A stretch of DNA of 64,000 nt from Thermodesulfobacteriota bacterium (GCA_021604765.1 BQJP01000002.1:40191-104190); one strand, 5' to 3'; positions 1 to 10,932 are shown, numbered from the stretch's first letter. Numbers and translations are program-made. The notes: generated by a model not told the origin, from the sequence alone.

Positions 1-119
1 TCTAAAATGATTGACTTTTTGCGCAGATAGATGTATAAAATGATAAACCAAAACAACTGACTGGGTCGAATTGAATCTCCAATTACAAAGGTTGTTTATC
101 AAAAGCGAGCAGTAGTTTT

Positions 120-734
120 ATGAGAAGACAGAATATTAGTGCAGAGAACGAGCTGGAAGTTAATCTAAAGTTTTTAACTCAATTTTTAATCCACCCAACC
201 AAAATAGGGGCAATAGCTCCATCTAACAATAAGCTCTGTGACATGATCACAGATATGGCAGAGCTCGACAAAATATCAACCGTAATTGAATTTGGCTCTG
301 GAACTGGTGTAATCACTGAAAAGATTGTTAATAAGGTTTCTAAAGATACTACTTTTTTTGCAATGGAAATAAATGAAACATTAGTTGAGGCAACAAAAAA
401 CCGTTGTCCTGACGCAACTGTTTATCTCTCATCAGCAAGTGATGCTAAAAAGTATCTCGAAATTCATGGTGAGAATGGATGTGACCGAATAATCAGCAGT
501 CTGCCGTGGTCTACATTTAGCGATAATTTACAGGATGATTTAATGGAAACGGTAATGGATGTTCTCAATCCGGGAGGCAAATTTCTCACCTATGCATATG
601 TCCCTGGGCTAGTCTTTCCATCGGCCATAAGGTTCAGAAAAAAACTGAACGAAAAGTTTGATAAAGTTAGTAGAAGTAAAATAGTCTGGACAAACTTCCC
701 TCCTGCTTTTATATATTACGCTGAAAAAACTTAA
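120..734 (+). CDS. SAM-dependent methyltransferase, phospholipid N-methyltransferase (PmtA-like)
   Basis: IGAIAPS N-terminal motif, VIEFGSGTG SAM motif, IISSLP and C-terminal NFPPA typical of the family; true start may be slightly downstream. Confidence 0.75.
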   Translation: MRRQNISAENELEVNLKFLTQFLIHPTKIGAIAPSNNKLCDMITDMAELDKISTVIEFGSGTGVITEKIVNKVSKDTTFFAMEINETLVEATKNRCPDATVYLSSASDAKKYLEIHGENGCDRIISSLPWSTFSDNLQDDLMETVMDVLNPGGKFLTYAYVPGLVFPSAIRFRKKLNEKFDKVSRSKIVWTNFPPAFIYYAEKT

Positions 735-1037
735 TAATTCTAATTAATTAGAATCTAGAAAATAAAACATCTTGACATAGAATAAAATTTATTAGAGAAT
801 AGATTGATGTAGGCTATTGACCTTTCTTCAAGTTACTTGGAGGCATGGGGGATGAATCAATAGCTTATATTGTATTGCTCTGACTTACATTTGGTTCTGA
901 ATCTCATTCTTTCCTTATTCACTTCTAATAAAGTCTTTAGCTTACTCAGAAAAATTAGCTTGAATTAATCAGTTTATTCATACTATTATTATAATCGGGT
1001 CTAAAAATAGAAAAAATACTAGTAGGAGGTATTAACG

Positions 1038-1865
1038 ATGAAAGACTTTTCAAAAAAGATGCTTACAGTTTTATTCTTGTTATCTGTAACTCTATCTGTT
1101 TCCTCAGGAACACAGAAAGCCTATGCAGAGATGGATGGGGCCAATCTTCCGGGACCACAGCTAGTAACTGATGCGTGGATGTTTATTGCATCTTACAAAG
1201 CTGATCCAGAAGTTTTGAAAGCGATGCTGCCTGAAGGGCTTGAGCCAAACCCCAATGGTACAGTTGTAATAAATATGTATACAGTTCCAAACGGTAATGA
1301 GACCTCAGGATTTGGCGCTTATACCCTTACTTATCTTACAGTAGAGTTGGCTGGTCAGGATTCATACATAATGAACTCTGATGCCACTATTCCTGGAAGA
1401 TATTTTATTTATTATTTCAACAGCTCACCGTTGATGCGCGCATATACCAAGAAAGCTGGTATGCCTGTAAATGAAAATACTAATGTCTTAACTACTACAA
1501 CAGTAGAGGACGGTAAACTAACGGCAACATTAACTATGGATGGGAAACCAATCATAGTATCCACAGCAGATGTAGGAAGTGAGCTTGGTAATTTCGGTGG
1601 TGGTCATCTTAATTATTTTGGATTAATTAGTACTGATGAAGACGGCAAAACGAAGAATCAGGTAGTTAAGTACCCTATCCCTTGGAATGGTGGGGTTGTT
1701 GATACACAAAATGCGAAAATTAAAATCACCGCACCCGAAGGACACCCTTTAAACAAGGTTAAACCTATTGCTGACCCAACATGGGCAATCTGGACAAAAG
1801 GAAGTTTTGTATATCCTCAGTATCAGGTTGTAAATGAATACGTGACAGAAGCAGCTAAGAAATAA
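1038..1865 (+). CDS. Acetoacetate-decarboxylase-fold protein with signal peptide
   Basis: YKADPEVLKAMLPEGLEP and FGAY motifs of the ADC family; N-terminal signal peptide ending AYA; RBS AGGAGG. Confidence 0.6.
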   Translation: MKDFSKKMLTVLFLLSVTLSVSSGTQKAYAEMDGANLPGPQLVTDAWMFIASYKADPEVLKAMLPEGLEPNPNGTVVINMYTVPNGNETSGFGAYTLTYLTVELAGQDSYIMNSDATIPGRYFIYYFNSSPLMRAYTKKAGMPVNENTNVLTTTTVEDGKLTATLTMDGKPIIVSTADVGSELGNFGGGHLNYFGLISTDEDGKTKNQVVKYPIPWNGGVVDTQNAKIKITAPEGHPLNKVKPIADPTWAIWTKGSFVYPQYQVVNEYVTEAAKK

Positions 1866-1871
1866 TCTATC

Positions 1872-1919
1872 TCAGGGCCGCCTTAGTGGGTAAAACCTTG
1901 CCCATTACGGGCGGCCTGA
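1872..1919. terminator. GC-rich hairpin after the ADC-fold gene
   Basis: tcagggccgcc...ggcggcctga inverted repeat; no clear U-tract. Confidence 0.45.
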
Positions 1920-1993
1920 ATTATCCTCTATACTTACTCTTACACATTTTGTATAATGTCTAACAAGACTTTATTAAGGCGGAGGGAGTCTAT

Positions 1994-2632
1994 ATGCCAT
2001 GGTATGACTGGGTATTATGGATACTTGTACTATACATGACGTTGGGTTCGGATTTCGGTCTCAACTGGCTCACCGGAGTATCGCTCGGTAAACGTATCGA
2101 TAAAAACTCCACGAATATATTCAATAAAATTTATTACTACGTCTGGGCGGCGACTGATCCTATGTCAGGACCGGTTGACAGGAGCGTAATGGATGACAGC
2201 GGCGTGACCGCACCTATCAACAAGAAACCCCTTGCACCAGCAGTAGTTGCTATATGTCAGATAAACGCGGTTATCACTTTAAGCTTAGAAGTTTTGATTC
2301 TAGTTGGGATGTTTACACATGGTCCTTACTTAAGACCCGCAGTTTTCATATTCGTATTTCGTGGTCTTTTGGAAATAGTTTACGCCTCACAGTTGATCTG
2401 GGGAAAGGCTGGCATCAGGGGTTGGGCACTGGTGAGTTATTTGATAATAGGGCTAATCCCGCAAACTCTTGCACCGTTTTTATTGGCAATGCGGTTTGCG
2501 ACCTCAATCCAACCCAACATACTCTGGTGGCAACCATTAGTTTTCCTTGTGATTCCATATGGAATATTTATATGGACAAGTATTGTAAGCTACAATAATC
2601 AGGAAGAAAGGCTCAAAGAATACTCCGGATAA
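1994..2632 (+). CDS. Multi-pass membrane protein of unknown function
   Basis: About 5 hydrophobic segments; RBS GGAG upstream. Confidence 0.6.
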   Translation: MPWYDWVLWILVLYMTLGSDFGLNWLTGVSLGKRIDKNSTNIFNKIYYYVWAATDPMSGPVDRSVMDDSGVTAPINKKPLAPAVVAICQINAVITLSLEVLILVGMFTHGPYLRPAVFIFVFRGLLEIVYASQLIWGKAGIRGWALVSYLIIGLIPQTLAPFLLAMRFATSIQPNILWWQPLVFLVIPYGIFIWTSIVSYNNQEERLKEYSG

Positions 2633-2665
2633 TATATCCGCTGATAGAGGACGTTGAAATCACAA

Positions 2666-4246
2666 TTAAGGATATAGGCTTGGTAATCTTTCGCTTCTAT
2701 AAGTAAAGTTTTCAGATAGAGATAGATCAAATACCTTTTGGGCCGGTGTTGTACGAGTAACTTCAATTAGCCGGGCAGGCTGTGTTCCCCCAAAAGTAAT
2801 AAGCACATTACCAGTCATCGGCTGATAATCTGCATCACCTATAAAAAATGTATACAAAGTCTCATCCTCAAACTGGCCGTATTCCCATAGAATCTCAACT
2901 TCCTTGGTAATAGGATTAATACTATATTCAACAGCCCTGCTGAAATTCTCAGAATCAGGAAGGGTTGGATCAAAAGGGCTTGCCCTGTTATTACCATTAT
3001 CATAAATAATATATGTTCCCTCATCTGTTATATCAGGAGCATGCTGATGGTACTGGAAGAAGAATTCTTCATCTGATTGAGGAGTTAAAAGAAACTGTCC
3101 GAACTCCTCTAAATCCCAGTTCTCATGAGGACCAAGAATCCATATCAATTCTCCGGTTTGTCTGCTGAATTTAACGACTGCATCCTGATGACGGAGTGAT
3201 ACAATAATGGAGTCGTCCCAAGGATCATGTATTACTGCATTTCCGTGAGACCAATCTATTGTTTCTACTGGTCTACCTACTACTGACTCAAGAAAGCCGT
3301 CATAAATTCCAAGAAGAGAACTATAATTAATTCGGTATGGATCTAGCACATCTAATAATGACCATTCATTGACAACAGTCCCATCAGGGGCAAACTCGAC
3401 TATGACATCTCCAGCGACAATAGCGCTCTCAGTAGGTGCAAATGGATCAAAAGCGCTTGTAGGGTAATCCGAAAATCTGCGAAACTCGACACTTAACACA
3501 AGAAGATTGCCAGATTGCATTTCAGAAACTTCATGATGAAAAGCCAAGGTATCTACAGCGATACTTCCAGGGTCACCTTCTTCAGAACCGGTAGGATGCC
3601 ACATATTAATAACATTACCGAGCATATCTAACTCGACTATCCTACCTCTAGCTAGTAATAATAATAAGTTTCCATTGTTCATGCGTCTAACATCACGATC
3701 GAGGGTTCCTGCAAAAAACTGTATATCGTGGTACCACACAACTTCACCTATCTCGTTAACAGCTATCAAATAACCAGATGCTTCAAATAACGTTACACCT
3801 GGTTCCATAAGCTCAGGGATACTTGTTACGCTTATTGCAGGAAATTCTTCAGGAAGTGGATCAGTAATAACATCAAAAACAACCGGCTCTATCAAATCTA
3901 CGCCATTAATACCTTGAACACTAACTGTAACGGTATGGTTTCTATTAGGTTTAAAACCTAAAACAGGTAGGGAATGGTTAGAGTTAAATTCCTCGAAATC
4001 GTTGCTCCACAGATCAATGCCATCGCTGACAGTTAGTGAAACTCTTGAAAGACCAGAGGTCTCCAACTCAAGTAATCCCGCAAGAGGAGTACTGGGGTTA
4101 GGAGCCATTATGAGTGTAGGGAATCTGCTAACAACATTTGCATCTGTGGTTGAGCTATTGTTGCATCCCGAAATACTAACAAAACTAATGAATAGAATTA
4201 ATACAAAATTGCGCAGCAGCTTAGTACTATGAACAAAATTCCTCAT
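2666..4246 (-). CDS. Aryl-sulfate sulfotransferase (ASST family) lipoprotein
   Basis: Lipobox ISGC; TPLAG N-terminal Ig-like region; FHHE, DWSHGNAV, SLRHQD, QHAP and YDNG motifs. Confidence 0.85.
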   Translation of the reverse strand: MRNFVHSTKLLRNFVLILFISFVSISGCNNSSTTDANVVSRFPTLIMAPNPSTPLAGLLELETSGLSRVSLTVSDGIDLWSNDFEEFNSNHSLPVLGFKPNRNHTVTVSVQGINGVDLIEPVVFDVITDPLPEEFPAISVTSIPELMEPGVTLFEASGYLIAVNEIGEVVWYHDIQFFAGTLDRDVRRMNNGNLLLLLARGRIVELDMLGNVINMWHPTGSEEGDPGSIAVDTLAFHHEVSEMQSGNLLVLSVEFRRFSDYPTSAFDPFAPTESAIVAGDVIVEFAPDGTVVNEWSLLDVLDPYRINYSSLLGIYDGFLESVVGRPVETIDWSHGNAVIHDPWDDSIIVSLRHQDAVVKFSRQTGELIWILGPHENWDLEEFGQFLLTPQSDEEFFFQYHQHAPDITDEGTYIIYDNGNNRASPFDPTLPDSENFSRAVEYSINPITKEVEILWEYGQFEDETLYTFFIGDADYQPMTGNVLITFGGTQPARLIEVTRTTPAQKVFDLSLSENFTYRSERLPSLYP

Positions 4247-4477
4247 CCGTGCACCGTCCGTATTTTATAGTTTGAAATGTGGTTGATTAACTTTAATAAC
4301 CCCGTCCTAAACTATATATCATATGTGTTAAGTGAAATCAATTATAAAGAATAAAGAGCTATTTATTATTCTACTGATAAATGAAATTACCCTAAATAAA
4401 ATTATAGCCTAATTTCTACAGAGTTGTGGTTTGTTGTTATAAAGAGGAATTATTTTGAGTCACATAACGATCAAAAT

Positions 4478-5569
4478 TTAAGGAGCATGGGCTAGCTCAC
4501 GCAACCAATTGTAGTGAGAACGGAGACCGTCCAGGAACCCACCGTGAGATGAATAAGTTATCCCGTATTCATTACAAGTCCTCTCAACTATTTGAGACAT
4601 ATCGGGATAGTTGATATGACAAATCCCGGGGAATAAATGATGTTCTACCTGGTAATTAAGTCCACCCAAATACCAAGTTAGAACTTTATTTCCTCTAGCA
4701 AAGTTCACTGTAGTAGCGAGCTGATGAACAATCCATGTTCTGTCCATTATTCCAGCTTCTTCATCTTGCATTGGAAATTCTGCTTCCTCCACACAGTGCG
4801 CAAGCTGAAATACTATAGACATTATAACGCCTTGCATCATCGCTATTAACACATAGAATCCAAGAACATAAAGTATAGGATAATATAGTGATGGAATTAC
4901 AAACGCTATAGTAAAGAAAAATATTTTCCCGCCAAAAAATATCACAGCATCTAATCCTTTTGGCCGCTCTATCTCATGATCATTTATCTTTCCGGTAAAG
5001 TATGTATAAAAATCATCGAACAAGTGCCATTTAATAGCCAGTAATCCATATAGAAACCAAATGTAAATATGCTGGAACCGATGGAAAAAGTATTTTTTAT
5101 GATGGGGAGTAAATCTTGCGAATATACCAACTTCTACGTCATCGTCATGACCAGTTATATTGGGATATGAATGATGATAATGGTTATGTTTATTGCGCCA
5201 TAAGTACGAGCTTCCACCAATCAGATCTAGCCAATGACCCATAAGTCTATTTACAATTTTATGTTTGGAATAGGCACCGTGAATTGCGTCATGCATAACA
5301 TTAAAAGCTTTTGCATTAAGAGCTAAACTTAGTGAAATAGAAGACAGCACAATACCCCACCATGGAAGTCCTGCGAAGACTATTAAGCAATAAGAAACAA
5401 TAACCCAGGATATAGAAAGAAAAGATTTGAGATACATTCTAAAGTTGTCTCTTCTTGATTTTGAGGCGTTTTGAAAGTAGGAATTAACTCTCTTTACGAG
5501 CTCTCTTTCAAATTCAGTATTCTTCGCAAAACGTATTTGATTGGGTTCAACTATAGTTTCATTTGTCAT
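4478..5569 (-). CDS. Membrane fatty acid (acyl-CoA) desaturase
   Basis: His boxes HDAIH, HNHYHH and QVEHHLFP. Confidence 0.9.
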   Translation of the reverse strand: MTNETIVEPNQIRFAKNTEFERELVKRVNSYFQNASKSRRDNFRMYLKSFLSISWVIVSYCLIVFAGLPWWGIVLSSISLSLALNAKAFNVMHDAIHGAYSKHKIVNRLMGHWLDLIGGSSYLWRNKHNHYHHSYPNITGHDDDVEVGIFARFTPHHKKYFFHRFQHIYIWFLYGLLAIKWHLFDDFYTYFTGKINDHEIERPKGLDAVIFFGGKIFFFTIAFVIPSLYYPILYVLGFYVLIAMMQGVIMSIVFQLAHCVEEAEFPMQDEEAGIMDRTWIVHQLATTVNFARGNKVLTWYLGGLNYQVEHHLFPGICHINYPDMSQIVERTCNEYGITYSSHGGFLDGLRSHYNWLRELAHAP

Positions 5570-5791
5570 AATTGTTATACGATTATATTAAGTCCAGCAA
5601 CCTAAACTGTGGGGGGTATTTACTCAAGAGCCGGGTTAATTTTTATCCTCTTCTATTTTTAGTAGAGTTGTTAATAATATTAGAAGGAAGTTAAAAACAA
5701 CCCTTAAAATCTAGGCTACATTATATCATTTCGTTCAATAAGTACAATGAGGAGGGGAATATAGTAAGAAATTTAGCATTTAGAAATTCTT

Positions 5792-7198
5792 CTACTCTAT
5801 GGCTCTGATTTGAATTGCGTCAATTCCGGACCCGGCAATGATATCAGACAAAACAACCACACGATCGCCGGGTTGGAAACCTTCTCTAGTTTTGAGTATC
5901 ACAAGAGCGCTCTGGATTGTTTTTTCGGGATCTTTGCTAAATGCTATGCGGTGCGCGAATACACTGCGGTTTAAGAATAGTTGACGTCTTGTTCTGTTAT
6001 CATTTGTGAACGCATATATTAATGTCTTAGAAGGTCTACAGTTAGTTAAAAATTGCGCCATTATCCCGCGTCTTGTTATAACTAAAATTCCTTTTGCATT
6101 AATTGATTCAGCAAGACTTACAGCGGAAGCTGCAACATCTTGTTTTATATCATTTACTTGTAGATTCTTACTAAAATTCATACCAGGGAGCTGCTCTGAT
6201 GCCCTTGCAATTTTATCTATATTTTCAATACAGCGGATTGGATATTTCCCAACTGCTGTTTCACCCGAAAGCATAACAGAATCAACCTCGCTATAAACAG
6301 CATATGCAACGTCCGTTACTTCAGCCCTGGTCGGAATAGGATGATCAATCATCGATTCAAGGAGATGAGTAGCTACAATTACTCGCTTACCTTTCTCCTG
6401 GCATTTACGCACAATAGTTTGCTGAACATTGGGCAGCTCTTCTAGAGGAATTTCGATGCCCAAATCACCTCGCGCAACCATAATGGCATCCGAAACATCT
6501 ATTATTCCATCTATATTACTAACGCCATCCTGATCTTCGATTTTTGAGATAATTTTTACTTTATCTACTTTATCACCCAGAAGTTCCCTTAATTCCAGAA
6601 CATCACTGGCTTCCCGAACAAATGATAGAGCAATAAAATCAACCCCTTGCTCAATGCCAAAAAGCACATGCTCTTTATCGTGGTCAGTAATTGAGGGCAG
6701 ATTAATTCTGATACCAGGCAAGTTAACATGGCTCTGACTCTTGAGTGTCCCTCCGTCAAGAACCCTACACTCCATAGTGCCCCTGTTTTTCTTGAGAATC
6801 TCCAGATTGATAAGACCACTATCCACAGTAATATGATCGCCTTCATGTAAAGTATTAATGAGGTCTTCATAATTGATACTAAACGAAGATATCTCTGCCT
6901 CTTCATTACCTACAGAGACAGTAATAATATCTCCCTCATTTAACTGGAGATCATTTTGTAGTGTGCCTGTTCGTATCTCAGGACCCTCTAGGTCCATAAG
7001 AACAGGAATAGAATCCTTAATCTTCTGGTTAATGTTTTTAATGGATCTGATGACTTTTTCATGACCCTCATGAGTTCCATGAGACATATTAAGCCGAACA
7101 ACGTTCATGCCCGCTACGTACATCTTCATCAACATCTCGTATGAAGCTGTCTTAGGCCCTATAGTGCAAATTATCTTAGTTTTTCTTAACGGATACAT
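5792..7198 (-). CDS. pyk: Pyruvate kinase
   Basis: TKIICTIGP, RLNMSHG, MVARGDLG, PTRAEVTDV and MLSGETA motifs. Confidence 0.97.
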   Translation of the reverse strand: MYPLRKTKIICTIGPKTASYEMLMKMYVAGMNVVRLNMSHGTHEGHEKVIRSIKNINQKIKDSIPVLMDLEGPEIRTGTLQNDLQLNEGDIITVSVGNEEAEISSFSINYEDLINTLHEGDHITVDSGLINLEILKKNRGTMECRVLDGGTLKSQSHVNLPGIRINLPSITDHDKEHVLFGIEQGVDFIALSFVREASDVLELRELLGDKVDKVKIISKIEDQDGVSNIDGIIDVSDAIMVARGDLGIEIPLEELPNVQQTIVRKCQEKGKRVIVATHLLESMIDHPIPTRAEVTDVAYAVYSEVDSVMLSGETAVGKYPIRCIENIDKIARASEQLPGMNFSKNLQVNDIKQDVAASAVSLAESINAKGILVITRRGIMAQFLTNCRPSKTLIYAFTNDNRTRRQLFLNRSVFAHRIAFSKDPEKTIQSALVILKTREGFQPGDRVVVLSDIIAGSGIDAIQIRAIE

Positions 7199-7281
7199 AA
7201 TTAAATATTAAACCTAAGTATGACTTGTAATTGAATATTGTAAAATTTTCTTAACTAAAGATTAATACCACTCTAAAAAAT

Positions 7282-7316
7282 TGATGGAGATGAGGGGAAT
7301 TGAAACCTCGAATCCC
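7282..7316 (-). other. Degenerate tmRNA/tRNA-Ala-like 3'-end fragment (possible att scar)
   Basis: Reverse complement reads GGGATTCGAGGTTTCAATTCCCCTCATCTCCATCA, resembling a T-arm plus CTCCACCA acceptor end. Confidence 0.35.
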
Positions 7317-7495
7317 GTGTTAGAATAGCACTGCCCTCCCACACCTAGGCTGTACCCTATTTAAAATCAACACAGTTATATAAAACCTTTTATTATAAAT
7401 CTTCGTATTTTGTAATATTGCTGAGTTAATCCCTTTTGTGATATGATGAGATTACTAGCAAATTTAACAATTACTTGTTTTATTGGGGGTAAGAC

Positions 7496-8446
7496 ATGAG
7501 AAAATTATTTAAGAATTTGTGGTTAATCATTGGTATATTTTCAATGTTTATATTTACGTTTTCTGCATGTGATGATGATTCTAATAATGTAGGGAATGGA
7601 CCTAAGCTTCAGGATCCCCGGGGTATCGCTGTTGAATTCAACGGGAACCTTGTTGTAGCGGATCGCGGTATACCGGCCATTGTACGCATTGATGTCACTA
7701 ACGGTAATCGCTCTATCTTGTCCGGCGTGGGTGTTGGGAGAGGGCCGGAATTAATGGATCCAAGAGGTTTAGATGTGCTTGAAGACGGCACTATAGCTGT
7801 GGCAAATGCGGCGGCTAATACTATATTAAATATTGATCCTGAAACCGGAGACCGTACTGTTCTATCAGGCGACGGAGTCGGGAGTGGGCCTCCGCTTATG
7901 GAACCGAGAGATCTGGCATTGGAAGCAGATGGCAACATTGTCGTGAAGGATCGAGGTCTTGAAACGGTTTTAGGCGTGGATGTAGACACTGGAGACCGAG
8001 TAATTATATCCGGTCAGGGAATGGGTGGGGGACCTCCATTCGATACTCCAAGAGGAATTGCTGTCTTGGCTGATGGTGATCTAGTTCTAGCTGATGTCGG
8101 ACTTGTAGCTATATTGCTTGTGGACCGTATCACTGGAGACCATACAATCCTATCAGATGCTGAGACCGGTAACGGGCCACTTTTTATAGCTCCCACACAG
8201 ATAGCAGTAGAAGATGACGGTAATTTGTTGGTTACTGATTCTGATCTGGCTGCTGTTTTTCGCATAGAGCCAAATGGAGACCGTACGATTTTATCCGATG
8301 CCGATACTGGTAGTGGACCAAGATTTAGACGCGCTGTTGGAGACCACTTGGATTTTGACGGTAGTCTGGTAGTGACGGACAACGAAAGAGACGCAGTGAT
8401 TCGTGTAAATTCAATTACAGGAAACCGTACACTTATATCAGAATAG
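7496..8446 (+). CDS. NHL-like beta-propeller repeat lipoprotein
   Basis: Lipobox FSAC; ~6 repeats of GxGPxLxxPRGIAVExDGNLVVxD...TGDRTILS. Confidence 0.8.
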   Translation: MRKLFKNLWLIIGIFSMFIFTFSACDDDSNNVGNGPKLQDPRGIAVEFNGNLVVADRGIPAIVRIDVTNGNRSILSGVGVGRGPELMDPRGLDVLEDGTIAVANAAANTILNIDPETGDRTVLSGDGVGSGPPLMEPRDLALEADGNIVVKDRGLETVLGVDVDTGDRVIISGQGMGGGPPFDTPRGIAVLADGDLVLADVGLVAILLVDRITGDHTILSDAETGNGPLFIAPTQIAVEDDGNLLVTDSDLAAVFRIEPNGDRTILSDADTGSGPRFRRAVGDHLDFDGSLVVTDNERDAVIRVNSITGNRTLISE

Positions 8447-8502
8447 ATAAAAGAAAAATAGACCTCAATCGAAATTTCTTTGCTGCTGCGACTAGTGTGT
8501 AA

Positions 8503-10050
8503 TTAAACGCCTTTCATTGTGGCTATTTTTGGGTGCTCTTTACGCCAGCGTAGTTTGTTCAAAGCGTTGACATATGCTTTGACGCTTGCCACTACTATGT
8601 CAGTATTAGAGCCTTGTCCTTGAGTTATAACCCCTTCGTCCTCAACTCTGACAGTAACCTCGCCCTGGGCGTCTATACCCTCAGTGATTGCGGCTACATT
8701 ATAAGTTTCAAGAGTAGGATTTAGCCCAGTTGCTTTAGACACAGCCTGATAGGCCGCGTCAACAGGACCATCACCAACTTCTGAGACTGTAACTTCTTCT
8801 TCATTAATGAGAAGTTTTACAGTTGCTACGGGTCGCATATCAGAACCACCTGAATAGTTTGCGGAAATAACTTTGTAGAAATCTGAAGACCTCACAAATT
8901 CTTCGCTGATAAGAGCTTCGATGTCTTCATCAAACACATATTTCTTCTTATCCGCAAGGTCTTTGAACTTAACAAATGCCTTCATAAAATCGTCATCTTC
9001 GAGGAAATAACCGTACTCCTCAAGACGTGTCCTGAAAGCGTGACGTCCTGAATGCTTACCGAGCACAATTTTATTAGACGGAATTCCAACCTCTTCAGGG
9101 CTCATGATTTCATAAGTAATTCTTTCTTTAAGCACACCGTCCTGGTGAATCCCGGCTTCATGGGCAAAAGCATTTGCTCCTACAATAGCTTTGTTGGGTT
9201 GTACATTAATACCTGTTATTTGTGATACAAGCCTACTTGTCGGATATATTTGCTCTGTATTAATTCTTGTTATATATGGATTGTGATCATTTCTTACCTT
9301 GAGACCCATAACAACTTCTTCAAGTGAAGCGTTACCAGCCCTTTCTCCAAGCCCGTTAATTGTGCACTCTACCTGACGCGCGCCTGCCTGAACTGCTGCA
9401 GTTGAGTTTGCAACAGCAAGCCCAAGATCGTTGTGGCAATGAACACTAAGAATCAAATCATCAAGTCCATCTACCTTTTCTAAAAGAGTTCTGATTATAT
9501 GAGCGAACTCCTCAGGAACTGTGTATCCAACAGTGTCTGGAATATTTATAGTTGTGGCCCCAGATCTAACAGCTAGATCAACAGCTCTTACAAGGTAATC
9601 AAGATCGGTTCTGGTGGCGTCTTCACATGAGAATTCAACATTATCTGTGTAATTCTTTGCATGTTTTACTGCACCGCTGATGATTTCCAGTACTTCATCT
9701 TTTGATTTTTTAAGTTTATATTTTAAATGAATGTCCGAGGTTGCAATAAAGGTGTGAATCCTAGGAGCTTCAGCTCCTTTTACAGCTTCCCAGCCCCTGT
9801 CTATATCTCTATAGTTAGCTCTGCAGAGTCCTGCTATTTCACAATTGCGAATTGTGTCAGCTATTACCTTAACAGACTGGAAATCACCTTCTGAAGAAAT
9901 CGGAAAACCGGCTTCGATGATATCGACACCCAACTTTTCGAGCTGGTGCGCTACACGTAGCTTTTCTTCAGCAGTCATCCCGCAACCAGGAGCCTGTTCA
10001 CCGTCTCTTAAAGTCGTATCGAAAATCTTAACCATATTACTACTTCCCAT
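8503..10050 (-). CDS. leuA: 2-isopropylmalate synthase
   Basis: DTTLRDGEQAPG, HCHNDLG, GERAGNA, HEAGIHQDG and C-terminal regulatory domain; start moved to the ATG behind a GGAGG RBS. Confidence 0.95.
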   Translation of the reverse strand: MGSSNMVKIFDTTLRDGEQAPGCGMTAEEKLRVAHQLEKLGVDIIEAGFPISSEGDFQSVKVIADTIRNCEIAGLCRANYRDIDRGWEAVKGAEAPRIHTFIATSDIHLKYKLKKSKDEVLEIISGAVKHAKNYTDNVEFSCEDATRTDLDYLVRAVDLAVRSGATTINIPDTVGYTVPEEFAHIIRTLLEKVDGLDDLILSVHCHNDLGLAVANSTAAVQAGARQVECTINGLGERAGNASLEEVVMGLKVRNDHNPYITRINTEQIYPTSRLVSQITGINVQPNKAIVGANAFAHEAGIHQDGVLKERITYEIMSPEEVGIPSNKIVLGKHSGRHAFRTRLEEYGYFLEDDDFMKAFVKFKDLADKKKYVFDEDIEALISEEFVRSSDFYKVISANYSGGSDMRPVATVKLLINEEEVTVSEVGDGPVDAAYQAVSKATGLNPTLETYNVAAITEGIDAQGEVTVRVEDEGVITQGQGSNTDIVVASVKAYVNALNKLRWRKEHPKIATMKGV

Positions 10051-10143
10051 TTCACTAACCTCCTTAGATTTAAACAATTATTGTAAGTCTGGACTAAAGT
10101 ATTGTCAATTATGTATAGGTATGGATCAAAGCGGGTATAAGCT

Positions 10144-10911
10144 TCACAAACCGGTGGGTAAATCAATGAAAAGCACATCAATCTTTAGCCTTTTCTCAAG
10201 AACTTTAGAAAGAGCTTTAAGACCGACTGTTTCTGTAGCGTGATGTCCTGCAAATATTACGTTCATTCTAGAATCCTTTGCCGTGTAATAAACCTCAGCA
10301 GTATCTCCTGTAATATACAAATCGGCATTTAACTCCAGAGCTTCATAAAATCCTCCGTAACTCCCTCCGCCGCTACATACGGCAACTGATTTTATGTTCT
10401 CTTTACCGAATGGTAATATTATACACTCCGTATCTAGACTATCAACAAGTTTCTGCTCTATGTCTTTTAATGATAGTGCCCTTTTTCTCTCACCTAACCA
10501 TCCGATGTTCTTACCTTTATGAAACATAAACTCTTTTTTGATAGGAGCCCCGAGGAGTTTGAGAATCTCAGCGTTGTTTCCAACCTCTTTGTGTCTATCT
10601 AGGGGAAGGTGGCATGCATATAGGGATATATCGTTATTATATAGTAGATCTATACGTTCTTTTGTCCAGCCCACAATAGAAGGATTGTGATTGCTCCAAA
10701 AATGCCCATGATGAACTATGAGCATATCGGCATTTGCCTGGGCGGCTTTCTCAAAGGATTCAACTGAAGCATCTACGGCAAATGCAATTTTTTGAATCTT
10801 TCCAGATCCTTCAAACTGCAGACCGTTCCACGATGAATCCTCTATCTCATCAATTTTCAAATAGTTATCCAGAAAACTGACAACTTTTTTTAGTGTTGGC
10901 ATTTGTTTCAA
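10144..10911 (-). CDS. Nif3-like dinuclear metal center protein (YbgI/DUF34)
   Basis: NGLQFEG, IVHHG, HLPLD and AGHHATE motifs. Confidence 0.92.
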   Translation of the reverse strand: MKQMPTLKKVVSFLDNYLKIDEIEDSSWNGLQFEGSGKIQKIAFAVDASVESFEKAAQANADMLIVHHGHFWSNHNPSIVGWTKERIDLLYNNDISLYACHLPLDRHKEVGNNAEILKLLGAPIKKEFMFHKGKNIGWLGERKRALSLKDIEQKLVDSLDTECIILPFGKENIKSVAVCSGGGSYGGFYEALELNADLYITGDTAEVYYTAKDSRMNVIFAGHHATETVGLKALSKVLEKRLKIDVLFIDLPTGL

Positions 10912-10932
10912 GTATGAAAAAAGCAGCTTGGA

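Noticed and set aside
7609-8382. Minus-strand Ser/Pro-rich ORFs
   Set aside because: Antisense shadows of the Gly/Asp-rich repeat lipoprotein.
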